DNA of 61,545 bases, filler included, from Sphacelaria rigidula (lineage: Eukaryota), in assembly GCA_964200075.2 (NCBI GenBank). It is 8 parts of 8 records of this genome, joined end to end, with 100 filler letters (N's around TTAATTAATTAA, not from the genome) between each part and the next. Parts side by side here need not be neighbours in the genome. Positions count along the whole stretch, not along the records: positions 7,708 to 15,313 come from CAXNAA020014120.1; positions 15,414 to 23,019 come from CAXNAA020014121.1; 6 more parts are not named here. One strand, written 5' to 3'. A program made the position numbers and the translations under genes. Positions within the stretch are counted from its first letter, which is position 1, and the number at the start of each line of letters is the position of its first letter. This document shows, one piece after another, positions 12,870-23,119 of the stretch. The notes below the pieces were generated by a model. It was not told the DNA's origin. It saw only the letters and a list, made by a program, of their open reading frames with translations, and searched no databases.

Positions 12870-12965
12870 CTCTTCCAGAACATTCCAAACGCTCATAGTC
12901 TCGGGAACAAAGTACGTGCTCTCCATCACGTCCGCCACCAGTATGCTAGACAGTTTCGCGGGATC
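12870..12965 (-). CDS. Exon of CBS-domain protein (CorC/HlyC/DUF21 hemolysin-like family)
   Basis: AG|DPAKLSSILVADVMESTYFVPETMSVWNVLEE|GT; 96 nt, phase 0; resembles the CBS-pair 'xFVPET...L' motif. Confidence 0.85.
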
Positions 12966-13735
12966 CTTCGCCCGGGCACGGACGGACGGACACCATGCAA
13001 AACGGAAGCAAGAAAAAAAGCGAAGAAAACACAACATGACGACCAAGTTCAGTGGCATTTTTTCGGTTGAGAAAACAGAGTATAGCGGAAGCATGACTAC
13101 ACGACAGCAAACAACAACACGACACACAACACTCAAGACCAGTACCTTGATCCCTTCGCGACCGAATCATTTTTTATTGATTATTTTTGTTGTTAGTATT
13201 TCCGCAAATTAGCCCGATCTCTCGAACCCGTGGTCACAGACGTGGGCTTGTCTTTCCGATACCGTCCCTGCTATTCCTTACAAGACATGGAGTCCTCCGT
13301 CATTTTTTTTTTAGGCTCCAGCCTAATTACAACAACAAGCGCAATCAACTAGAATATCATCATTATGAGAATAAGAATAAAGACATCAGAAAAACATGAA
13401 AACTAGTTTCCCCGAGTTCAGCGGGGTGAAAAAAAACCCCTTCAGATCTGCCAAGAAATGCACATCGACAGGAAAGGGAAACAAAAGACAAGGCAGTTGA
13501 CACAAAAGGATCAGCAAGGCCACCGAGCGGAGGACAACCCAAAACCTCTAGATACGATTAGCTTGTTCGGATTGAAGCAGCCGGACTCCTCTGTATCAGG
13601 CACCTTCATTTGCCACGTCGATATTTTTTTTCTCACACATTCATAACATTTGGCACTGAAAGACTAACGCTCTAGCTCCGAACGAGTGTCGTGAGAAAGC
13701 TCCGGCTCGAAAAAAGGGTTAGGAAAGACATTCAC

Positions 13736-13828
13736 CTGAACGAACTCTAGTAGATCCTTGCTGAGGACAACCCCCGAAATGCGGTCTATCTCTCCACTGT
13801 AAACCGGGATGCGGCTGTACTTGGTGTC
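13736..13828 (-). CDS. Exon of CBS-domain protein (CorC/HlyC/DUF21 family), upstream of 12870-12965
   Basis: CAG|DTKYSRIPVYSGEIDRISGVVLSKDLLEFVQ|GT; 93 nt, phase 0; SRIPVY...GV...KDLL is the CBS1 signature. Confidence 0.9.
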
Positions 13829-14389
13829 CTGTAAGCAGCACGATACCGTGGCAAAATAAAAAAACGTTTGATCGTTGAATTCAGTTAATATTCGTCGGGG
13901 TTGAGAAAAAAAGTAAAAGCGCGCGCGCTCAAGAGCCACCCAGAAATACTCGAGGAGAAAATCGGACAGGATGGAATGCGAGGGCGCTGGCCGAGTGAAA
14001 GCATCGTTGGACAAACCAACTGCAACTAAAAGAGTACAGAGAAGACAAACGACAAGAGGGCAGCCAGAAGGAGTAAAGGTGTAGAGTCATTCTCCGGTAC
14101 GGTTTGCACATTTGGGCCCAGATTTCTCAATACGGGGCTCCCGGAGCCTGGAGCTACACAAGATTATGGGGGCAGGACATCCCCGTTTTGTCAAACTCCT
14201 TCGGGATATCTCTAGCCCATTGGGAATGCTAATCGCGGTGCGCTCTTCCATATCTCAGAAGTCGTCTACTGTACGAGATAAAGGGTTCCTCACAATCCAA
14301 AATCCAGAGAATATATGTGCACCTCTACTGTTTCTTTTTTTCCCCAGCGAGTCTTCCAGTGTTGTTTTTCTTGGGTACGTCTATCATGG

Positions 14390-14452
14390 GACCACGGCTG
14401 GACCCCTGGAGGGGTCAGTTCAAGTGCGACGATCTATCAATCGAAATCAAAC
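14390..14452 (+). repeat. Retroposon 3'-end fragment (family F) with ATCA-type tail
   Basis: CACGGCTGGACCCCTGGAGGGGTCAGTTCAAGTGCGACGATCTATCAATC; second copy at 18818-18876. Confidence 0.7.
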
Positions 14453-14869
14453 CAAACTGTGGCACCACTCTCTAGTTCAAACAGCCCCCCCTCGCCATGG
14501 TTGAACACGAATTGTGCGGGATGAGCGCCCCATAACCGAGTGCAATTTTGCTGCTGCGGTACTAGACGCTGGCTACGGGATCGCTGCATGCAACAGCACA
14601 ACAGAGTGCATCTCGAGTTGCAGCTGTCAATAAACAGACACGCACGCGCGCGCACACACACACACACTCGACACGCGAAAGCTAGTTTAGGATCAACTTT
14701 CCAGACATCGATTTGCCGTTATCTTCCTGTAGTTCTTCCCCCCCCCCCTGCGCACACCCTGGAAGCGCGAATGGCCCACAAAGAGCCCAGGGGTTAGGGT
14801 TAGGGATTGGCAATCCATCAGACGGCAACGATGGCCGCCTGCTCCGGCGAAAAACTTGACAATATTCAA

Positions 14870-15035
14870 CACCCTGGACAATATATCGTCAATAGCTGCA
14901 ATAGACGAGAAGTGCACTGCATAGAGTATAATCCTATTGCAACTATTGCCGGCCGACAATAGTCGCAATAGACCTATACTTTATGCAGTACGTGTCTCGT
15001 CTATTGCATCTATTGACCATATATTGTCCAAGGTA
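14870..15035. mobile_element. Fully palindromic MITE, family D (TIR CACCCTGGACAA)
   Basis: Two ~83-bp arms are reverse complements along their whole length; related termini at 35598-35732, 46770-46782, 49482-49574 and 57760-57771. Confidence 0.85.
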
Positions 15036-15244
15036 TGCAATATTAATATTCAACCCACAGCAAAAGCTTTGCGGGTGCAGCTATCGTGTCGAGTTAGTTA
15101 CCGAAGACTTCAAAAATAATGGTTGCCTTCAGCATGGAGTATCTTCACACGTATCCCTGCAGCCGCTGCCGGAGCTAGAGCTCATCCTAGTAACTTTACT
15201 CCAAACTTGTGTCGAAAAAACAAGATATGGTGTGTAGCGCTAAT

Positions 15245-15313
15245 AACAGTGTTTTCGTGAGATTGAGAGTAGATGATACGATTGAGAGTGAAAAGCGGTC
15301 AATCAGTGAATGA
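15245..15313. mobile_element. MITE family B left end at contig end
   Basis: AACAGTGTTTTCGTGAGATTGAGAGTAGATGATACGATTGAGAGTG...GGTCAATCAGTGAATGA matches 53946-54012. Confidence 0.85.
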
Positions 15314-15413
15314 NNNNNNNNNNNNNNNNNNNNNNNNNNNNNNNNNNNNNNNNNNNNTTAATTAATTAANNNNNNNNNNNNNNNNNNNNNNNNNNNNNNN
15401 NNNNNNNNNNNNN
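15314..15413. other. Artificial contig linker
   Basis: N44-TTAATTAATTAA-N44. Confidence 0.99.
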
Positions 15414-16078
15414 CCGCTACGGCCTTAAACAAAACTCCGGCTATGTCCCCCTCTTCGTCTCTTCGTCGCGGTCAGTATGATACCATATATGCGACTATTG
15501 GGTGCGTACAGCGGAAGGCATTTGCTGATGACACAATTTTGGGTGATCACCGTGGAACCAGCCTGTAGTAAGAGCAAGAGCATACAAGGTCCTTTGAACC
15601 ATCCTACAATTGGGGGATGGGGTGTTTGCACGGTATGATGGGATCCCCGAGTTATTGCACGACCTCACACCAGTGGCGCGCGTCTATCAGCCAAACGCAT
15701 TGTCGGGCGTTATGAATACGTGTGTTATGTTGATGTTTATTTCGGTCAAACGAGGTTTGACGATTGCAACGAAATCTCTGAAGTGGCTGCCTAGACTCCT
15801 TCGTTAGGGAAGTGGGTCGAACCTCCACCCACCCCCTCCCTCTAGCCAATCGTAGGATCAGTCCCTATACATACATGCAAATGTTGTTGGCACACACAGA
15901 CGGGGCCGGCAACCAACCAACGTTCAGAGAAATCATGCCGGCTGATGGTGGAGCCTTGGTGGTGGCCAGCAGGATGGAAAAGAATGCCTGCATCTGATCC
16001 AACCACATGTGTACCAGTACCAGGGATCTGACAGATTCCAATGGCACGATTTTTTATCGTGATGCCTACATCACTCAC

Positions 16079-16900
16079 CACAAGGACACGCTCTTCGTAC
16101 TGCGAACTCTCCACTGTCGCCGTCTCGCCATGGGGGGCAGAACGTCCCGGGACCATCTTCAGGATCTTCTTCAAGGTCCTCTTCATGGCGACACGTTTGC
16201 TCTTGGGCCCGTCCAGCCGTTTACCCGTGAACCCTTCGAGTTCGGCCTCGAGGCCAAGCTGTCGTACCACCGTCGACCATGTCTCCAGCGCAAACTCTTT
16301 GGTGACGAAGTTGTGCTTTGCATAGCCTTCAACGGGCTTGATAGGTTGACCGTACAACTGTACCGCCACGGCAGGCTCCCCGCCCTCGTGCAAGGCCGCC
16401 GCCATAGCCCCCACCCTGGCCCAGGACACCGGGACCCTCTGGCCGACATTGGGGAACAAGCGTTTGCCGTACTCATCAAGGCCACCTTCTCCAGCTAGTC
16501 TGCAGATCTCATCTCGCAGACGGTCGAGACCTTCCTTCCTACAGCCGGAGGCTTCTACGACACCGCACACAGTGAGGGACGGGGCTGTGGGCGCAGTACC
16601 GCCGGGAACCTGTTCGATAGTGAGTCCCGGCGCTTTTTTAGTGCCGCCCCACTCTTCGCGCTTGAGCTTCAAGTGTCCGCGGACCTCCTCCTCCAAAAAC
16701 TCTAAAGCTGCTGCGACTTCCGCATCGTCGCCGCAGAAGCCGTCCGCATGGGTTGCGACGACAAGGACTGCGCATCCAGGCAACCGGCACAACAGAACGT
16801 CCAGCCAGGTGTACACTGCTTCCCCTCGATGAGAAATATCCTTCTGGAATCTGAGCAGGTCCACCACTAGAAGCATCAGAGCTCCGCTGGTGAGATAGAT
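16079..16900 (-). CDS. ROCO GTPase exon: C-terminal half of ROC domain and start of COR
   Basis: CAG|IYLTSGALMLLVVDL...WLDVLLCRLPGCAVLVVATHAD (G4-like)...GLDRLRDEI...VGQRVPVSWARV...EERVLV|GTGAGT; 822 nt, open and in phase with the upstream exon. Confidence 0.88.
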
Positions 16901-17454
16901 CTGGTCGTGCATTGAAAATACATGAGCATATCGCGGGAATCGAAGAGAGTACGTCAATATCGTGTCCGGAAGCGCAAAATCCGCAGGCCTCCGGCAGGTT
17001 GTTACCGAAACCATTTCTCCACGGACAGTCTACACAATCTCAGGCATTCAGTGTACTGCCGTCAAGGACCAGCAACAGACTCTGTCCACAAAGCCGTCAA
17101 GATCAAGACACAAATTATTCACACCAGTTATTTGCGTGTATGCAATATTCAACGCGCACTACACGACAATATTTGCAATGCAAACACCCCGGTACTGACA
17201 GTGGTTGCGACTCCAGGAGGCTGATGCTGAAGGAAAAGGGATATAGGCAACAGCCGTCACTTTGATGACCCGTTCGTTGCCTGCACCCAACAATCGAACA
17301 TGAAGCCACTTTTCTGGAACCTGTTTGACCCATCGTGACCCAATATCGTCAAAAGCGGTTCACTGACAAGCAAGGATTGCAACCCAACCACAGCAGCAAT
17401 TCAACAGATAACGTCAGCCTAACCCAAACATGAAAAAAAAACAGCAGCCCTCAC

Positions 17455-17837
17455 CTGGTGCGTTGAGTAGTACTCCACGTGTCCCGCAAAGTCCCACATG
17501 AGCACCTCAAGCGGCTCCGTAGAGTTTGGCCTCCACGGCTGTATGTGAACATCGACGCCCCTCGTGCGCTCGCTCTCCGCCGTCGGAGCCGGCTTGCCCT
17601 TCCGCAGACCCCTTGCTAGGGTCGTTTTCCCGGCGCATACTGCACCGACCAACACCATCTTCAGCTCATGAGCGGTGGTCGCGCCCGAGCGTGCCAGCGC
17701 CTCGTAGTAGCTGACGATTTGTTCCCATCCGCCGTCAACAACCTCAGATGGCGGATCTATCCATGAATTGTCGCGTAGAACTACTCTCTCGAGCTTGGGA
17801 AGAAGAGCAAGCCTCTCAGCCGTAGCCCTGGGTATGC
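17455..17837 (-). CDS. ROCO GTPase exon: last LRR, cap and N-terminal half of ROC
   Basis: CAG|(G)IPRATAERLALLPKLERVVLRDNSWIDPPSEVV...LKMVLVGAVCAGKTT (P-loop)...ERTRGVDV (G2)...WDFAGHVEYYSTHQ|GTGAGG. Confidence 0.93.
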
Positions 17838-18817
17838 CTGTACGCGTTCACACGAACATAACAAAAAAATGGAAAAATATGTTTAATGCCAACCAGAGGG
17901 ATTCACATGCACAGTAAGGACTGATTCACAGCAATACCAGTGGTGACAGAAGTGGTCGTGAAAACTGTCCAAGGTACACCCTAGCGACCTGCGCGATTCG
18001 CAACGTATCGATCGTTCACATGAGTGACGAATATCGCACACAAGGTCGTGCCCCCCCCCCTCGAGCGTCATTCTTCTTGTCATACAGTGATCATACAAGG
18101 TCGTCATATACACACGTTCCTTACTTTTGTTTCAAAGACAGCAGACTCCGACGCCGAGGAAAGAATCCACACTCCTTTATACCCATACCAAACCAGGTCA
18201 TTACTAACATCGATTTGGTATTCATGCACCGTACTGTGCGGTGAGGGCGATACATGAAGCACCAGAATAGTATCAAATTTCGAGGATTACAGCGGCCATG
18301 GTTTTCGCCCCCCCGTCAGTAGTACACCACCCCCGGCAGTACGTCCACCAGAAGTATAGATATTTCTAAGCTTCTTGCTACTCGACCTAAGGACTTGCGG
18401 TAAGTCATCCGCGACTCATTCCCACCGTTCTGCTTGCTGCTGCTCCGTAATTCCTTCCCTCTTCCACTCATTTCGCGAGTGAAAAGCAATAAATTCGGGT
18501 GTGCTAGATAGCAGAAGACGTTGCTGTGACACCGTAGAAGATATGCACCATTAAATAGCCCATCAATTCAAAACTACGTGCTGGCGATCTGTTGAATCTA
18601 TACCCTACACGGGAGAAGGAGACGGACGCTGCAGCTACAGTTCTCATACAGTACCAAAGACTAGTACACAGGTATGCTTCATCTCGTTTCTATAGTGGAC
18701 TGTTTTTCTGCACTGGTGATGCAGTCAAAACAGAGTCAAATCTTACATATCAAGAACACTTGAGTGGAAGTACGAGCTCGACCAGCCAATGAGTTTCTGC
18801 TTTTAGATGACAGCTGC

Positions 18818-18876
18818 CCACGGCTGGACCCCTGGGGGTCAGTTGAAGTACAACAATCAATCAATCAATCAATCAA
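18818..18876 (+). repeat. Retroposon 3'-end fragment (family F) with (ATCA)n tail
   Basis: CACGGCTGGACCCCTGGGGGTCAGTTGAAGTACAAC followed by AATCAATCAATCAATCAATCAA. Confidence 0.7.
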
Positions 18877-19729
18877 AAGCAAGATGACTCACCGGATAAT
18901 AGCAGGAGTTTGGCGCTGAAAATTTGGCATGATTTTCTCAACATAAATGATGCGTTAGGGTTAGGGTTAGGTCAGGGTTAGTTGAAGAAAAAACCAGCTG
19001 ATGGTGATTTTCTGCTACTATACCTCTGGGGAAGCCGAAGAGGACGCCAAGCACGAGAGGTTCACAATTATTCGGGTGCAATGTTTGTGTTCAGGATGAT
19101 CCTTTGGAAACTCCATAAGCGATCGAAATATGTTGGAAAAAAAATACAAACATATCCCCTGGCCACGATGTATGGCCTTGCTCATCCGTGACACAACTCC
19201 CTCCGCAATTTGAAAAATCTCGTGTCGAAGGAGGGGTTCTCTTCTCTCGTATACGGGTGAACGGGGGTCGAAACAAAACAAAAACACGGGATCTTCGCGA
19301 AAAAATGTCTTGAAGGAATCGCGGGGTTAAACATCACGGCCGGAGAGTGCATTGGCAGGTTTCTTTCGAAAATATGGCGATGCTCTTCTATGATGTAGTT
19401 CAGATTCTCAAATCTCACTGTGACCAACAAAACATCTATCCGGAATTAATACAAAATCTCGTGTTCACCGGAGGTTCTGAGAAGCGTGGAAGACCATTTA
19501 TGTCGCGGGAAAACGGAGGTCGAAAATATTCTGAATTAGCACAGGATTTCGACATTGAACGAGTTTCGTTTCAGGATGAGCGAAGCCGGACATCACGGCC
19601 GGAGGGTAAATTTGCCTTTTTTTTTCGATAATATTTCAAGGCTTTCGAAGGTCCCCGAGGCTCCTCCAAAGAAAAGGAAGCATGATGCAAAAATTGTGAA
19701 ATCCTCATTTTCAACAAGAACTCACCAGC

Positions 19730-20350
19730 TACGAGCTGGGCCAGCCTAGACACGGGTTCAAGCTCTCAGAGCAATATCTCATCGATATAGACGAGGTCGG
19801 TCGTGATCCGCATATCGTATTAATCGTCTAATCAAGGGGAAGGTGCCCAACTGCTCAAAAATCTGGGCGAATTTTTCCTCGTCATGTCTCGTAATTCCTG
19901 TACCGTACGGAGATAGCGTCCACACTAAAATCTATGTGACACCCCGAACGATGCGTCCAGCGGATGATGACGATTCTTGGTGTGGACCTCCTCTGGAGCA
20001 TGGGGAGACGATAGATACCCTCACCTTTACCTAATTCGTAATCTATCTCCAGATATGGCGCACATAAAGTTCCATAATAAATCAGTATATCACGAGCAGA
20101 GGCACTGAATGGCCTAAATCCCGACATCGCCTCTCAGTTTTTGGAAGTTGTGCCACGGAATTTGGTATGGAGAACCGCTAGTGCATTATGAAAAAAAACA
20201 CATGAAGCCTTTTCGTTTTTTTTCGTTTTTTCTTCCAATTCTATCGTGTTTTTAGGGGAGTTTTGAGGAGACATGAACATTGCTGTTGGGCATTAAATCA
20301 TTTTTTTAGCTCGATTTCTAAAAATGTGACTTGAAACTCAGCATGGAGAA
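19730..20350. repeat. Dispersed repeat family E, copy 2
   Basis: Co-linear with 6888-7500. Confidence 0.85.
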
Positions 20351-22865
20351 CGACTGAGGTATGCTGAATGAAGAAAAAAATGGGCCTTCATTTCTTTCTT
20401 TTTTCTGGAAGGGGGGTTCGGGCGTTCTCGTAAAATAATAGTCGTTACCATACTAAAACACCCTCGACCAGTGAAAAAAATGAATGAAAAACCTTACCCA
20501 TTTTTCTTGATTCATCATGATCTAGCGAGGTCCCGCACAAAGTTTCAATATACAAAGATCAAACGTGGGCCGGTAAACGGCCTGCAAAATAATGTTCCGG
20601 ATTTCCGCCGGCCCGGTTTTCAAAAGGCGAATTTTCAATTTTTTACGAAGAGTTGAACAGTGGACTTTGGTATGGACAATCAACAGGGCATCAAGAAAAG
20701 CCGTCTGTGGGGTTCCAATGTTTTTATGAGTCAAGGGCAATATTCTGTTCTAACCCTTTTGGAAACCTCCCCTCCTCTCCCCCCGCCAAACGCCTCATTA
20801 TGAAAAGCCCGGACGAAGAGGAAAATATAGAAGCAAAAAAGGTCGACGGAATCCATTTTATAATGGACGACCGAAGAAGAATCTAGTAGCACAAGCGTCG
20901 GGTGCAGGAAAAATGCCCTCCCTGGAGAGGTCGGGTGAGCTTTGTCCGATCATACCACGCAGCGGATGATGCGTGTCCAATTGTATCCATCCACAATGAT
21001 CAGCAAAAACACCATGAAACATTCCATCCGAAAAATAGCAATGGGTTCCAGGAAACGGTAAGGCACATCGGTAAATAGTAAATCTCCTTTTGTTCCACGT
21101 GTCATACGCATTGGGTTAATGTTGTTGCGTCTGAGCTGTAAACCATCAACCATATCTTGCTCAAAAACCGTCAATTTCAAACGGTCAATTTTCCATTTTG
21201 AGTTCCGTAAGGGTTCAGGTTTAGTAAAATGCCGTTGAAGTACAAAAAACCCCGTTTGGGACCCCACAGACAGCTTTTCTTCATGCACTTTTGATTGTCC
21301 ATACCAAATTTCACTGACCTACTCCAAGTAAAAAAATGCGAGTTCGTCTGCAAACTACAAATCCGCTTTAAGGCTGGCACAGCTTTTATGACTACACCAC
21401 CCTGATGGGAGCAGGGCCAGTTCCGCAAGTTTTCAGAAACAGAACACCGTGCGAACGTGTTCAAATCACCTTTTGAACTGCGGAAAGATATGAAATTGCA
21501 CGACAAATGATCTGAAAATTCGGAGACATGAGTAGGAAGGATAAAATCGGCATGAATCGACGCGGTGCGGTAACTTTAGTCATGATCCAATCCGCCATAA
21601 CAAAATGTAAAGCTGGTGTCGGAGAGAGACGGGTTGGTCTCTCTATACTACAATTTAAACTCGTCCCGAGGAAGGGACCGGTCCAAAATGCCACTGTTGA
21701 TACGATGGAGACCTATGGACGAATATGTATCACAGAGGATTCCTGTAAAATCAGTGCAATTCGCAGAGGACCACAGGGTGCGATTGTATCATCCAAACGC
21801 CGGTCGTACACACACGGTGTTCAGTGGGACAAACGGCATCAACGAACGGTGGTTGGAATGTAAATTCGAAGTCCCCCGTTATTTATGTTGCACCTACCGC
21901 CCCCTACTCCCGTAGTGGGTACAAATGAAGCACTCGTACTAAAAGCAGCATACCAAAAGTACAATAAGCCAGCATAGTATCACGGCACACTTCTGGTAAT
22001 CGTGTCGGCGGAAACACATGCTATTAAAAAGTGCTTGTCCGAAACCAGCAATAGCATGCCAGCCCACCATACACACAGCCCAACCCCTCCTCCCTCCACT
22101 GAAAGCTTACGCAAGTGCACACGTCCACGTCGACTTCATGAACAACAGTCTAACTCTCCCCAAAATATGTCAGGAATCTGCTGATTTCACTGTCCTTATC
22201 CTATTCAAGAGATTCTGGGGTGGCAGACTCTCACGGAAAATTGACGACGGGAACGACGAGGGATTCTGCGGCGAAAAATATTGTTCTGAAGTCGGGTTAC
22301 AGACTGTCGTTCCACCAATTGTAACGCATGCATCTCGGAGATTTTTAAAAATGTGAAGTGCCAGGAATGATATACCGTGGTCCGTGAATCCTTTCAGTAT
22401 GCTGTGATCCACAGGGACGACGTGAACAACCATGCCACATCTCCACGGCTTCTTCGACAACAACACAGTCAGCCCATGGTGGAGCTGGTTCGATTACCCC
22501 CCACTACAGCACATGTCGCTGCTGCAGCCAATTTTTCACAGCTTCCAGATGTCCACATCTTGCGAACGGCGACGAACAAGGTGAAGCAGGCAAACGATGT
22601 AATAATTTATCGAGAGTGTGAAAGCATGGTATGCCGTGGCTAGCACACGAAGCATGTACGCGGCTAAGTCCTACTATCGTGCGTGGACATAGTCCTCGCG
22701 ATGCGCACATTTCATACGTGACCGAATCGCCTTCAACACTTTCAAAGCGTGTGTACTGCGATATATCTGTTGTTGCGCACATGGTATGAAAAAGAGGAGA
22801 GAAAACACGGCACGCTGCCGTTTTGCTCGTCCTTCCTGAGTTGGTGCCATGCTAGGTAGGATAAG

Positions 22866-23005
22866 GGAGAGGGGGGGGGGTGTACTCATGATCATGCATG
22901 CCATAGTCATCAGACCATTGACCTCGCAGGGAGAGGGGGCGTACTCATTTGTTGCTTGCCTTAGTCGTGTGACCATTGACCACGCATCCCTTTCGAGACG
23001 GAGCA
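22866..23005 (+). repeat. Two tandem truncated heads of repeat family A
   Basis: GGGTGTACTCATGATCATGCATGCCATAGTCATCAGACCATTGACCTCGCA followed at once by GGGGCGTACTCAT...GACCATTGACCACGCATCCC. Confidence 0.75.
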
Positions 23006-23019
23006 ACGCAGGGAGAGGG

Positions 23020-23119
23020 NNNNNNNNNNNNNNNNNNNNNNNNNNNNNNNNNNNNNNNNNNNNTTAATTAATTAANNNNNNNNNNNNNNNNNNNNNNNNN
23101 NNNNNNNNNNNNNNNNNNN
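23020..23119. other. Artificial contig linker
   Basis: N44-TTAATTAATTAA-N44. Confidence 0.99.

Noticed and set aside
15842..17014. 390-aa single-exon gene as given in the ORF track
   Set aside because: Splice sites delimit the real exon to 16079-16900; the ORF ends are intronic read-through.
12870..17837. Functional clustering of the CBS protein gene with the ROCO GTPase
   Set aside because: They are on different contigs separated by the linker at 15314-15413.
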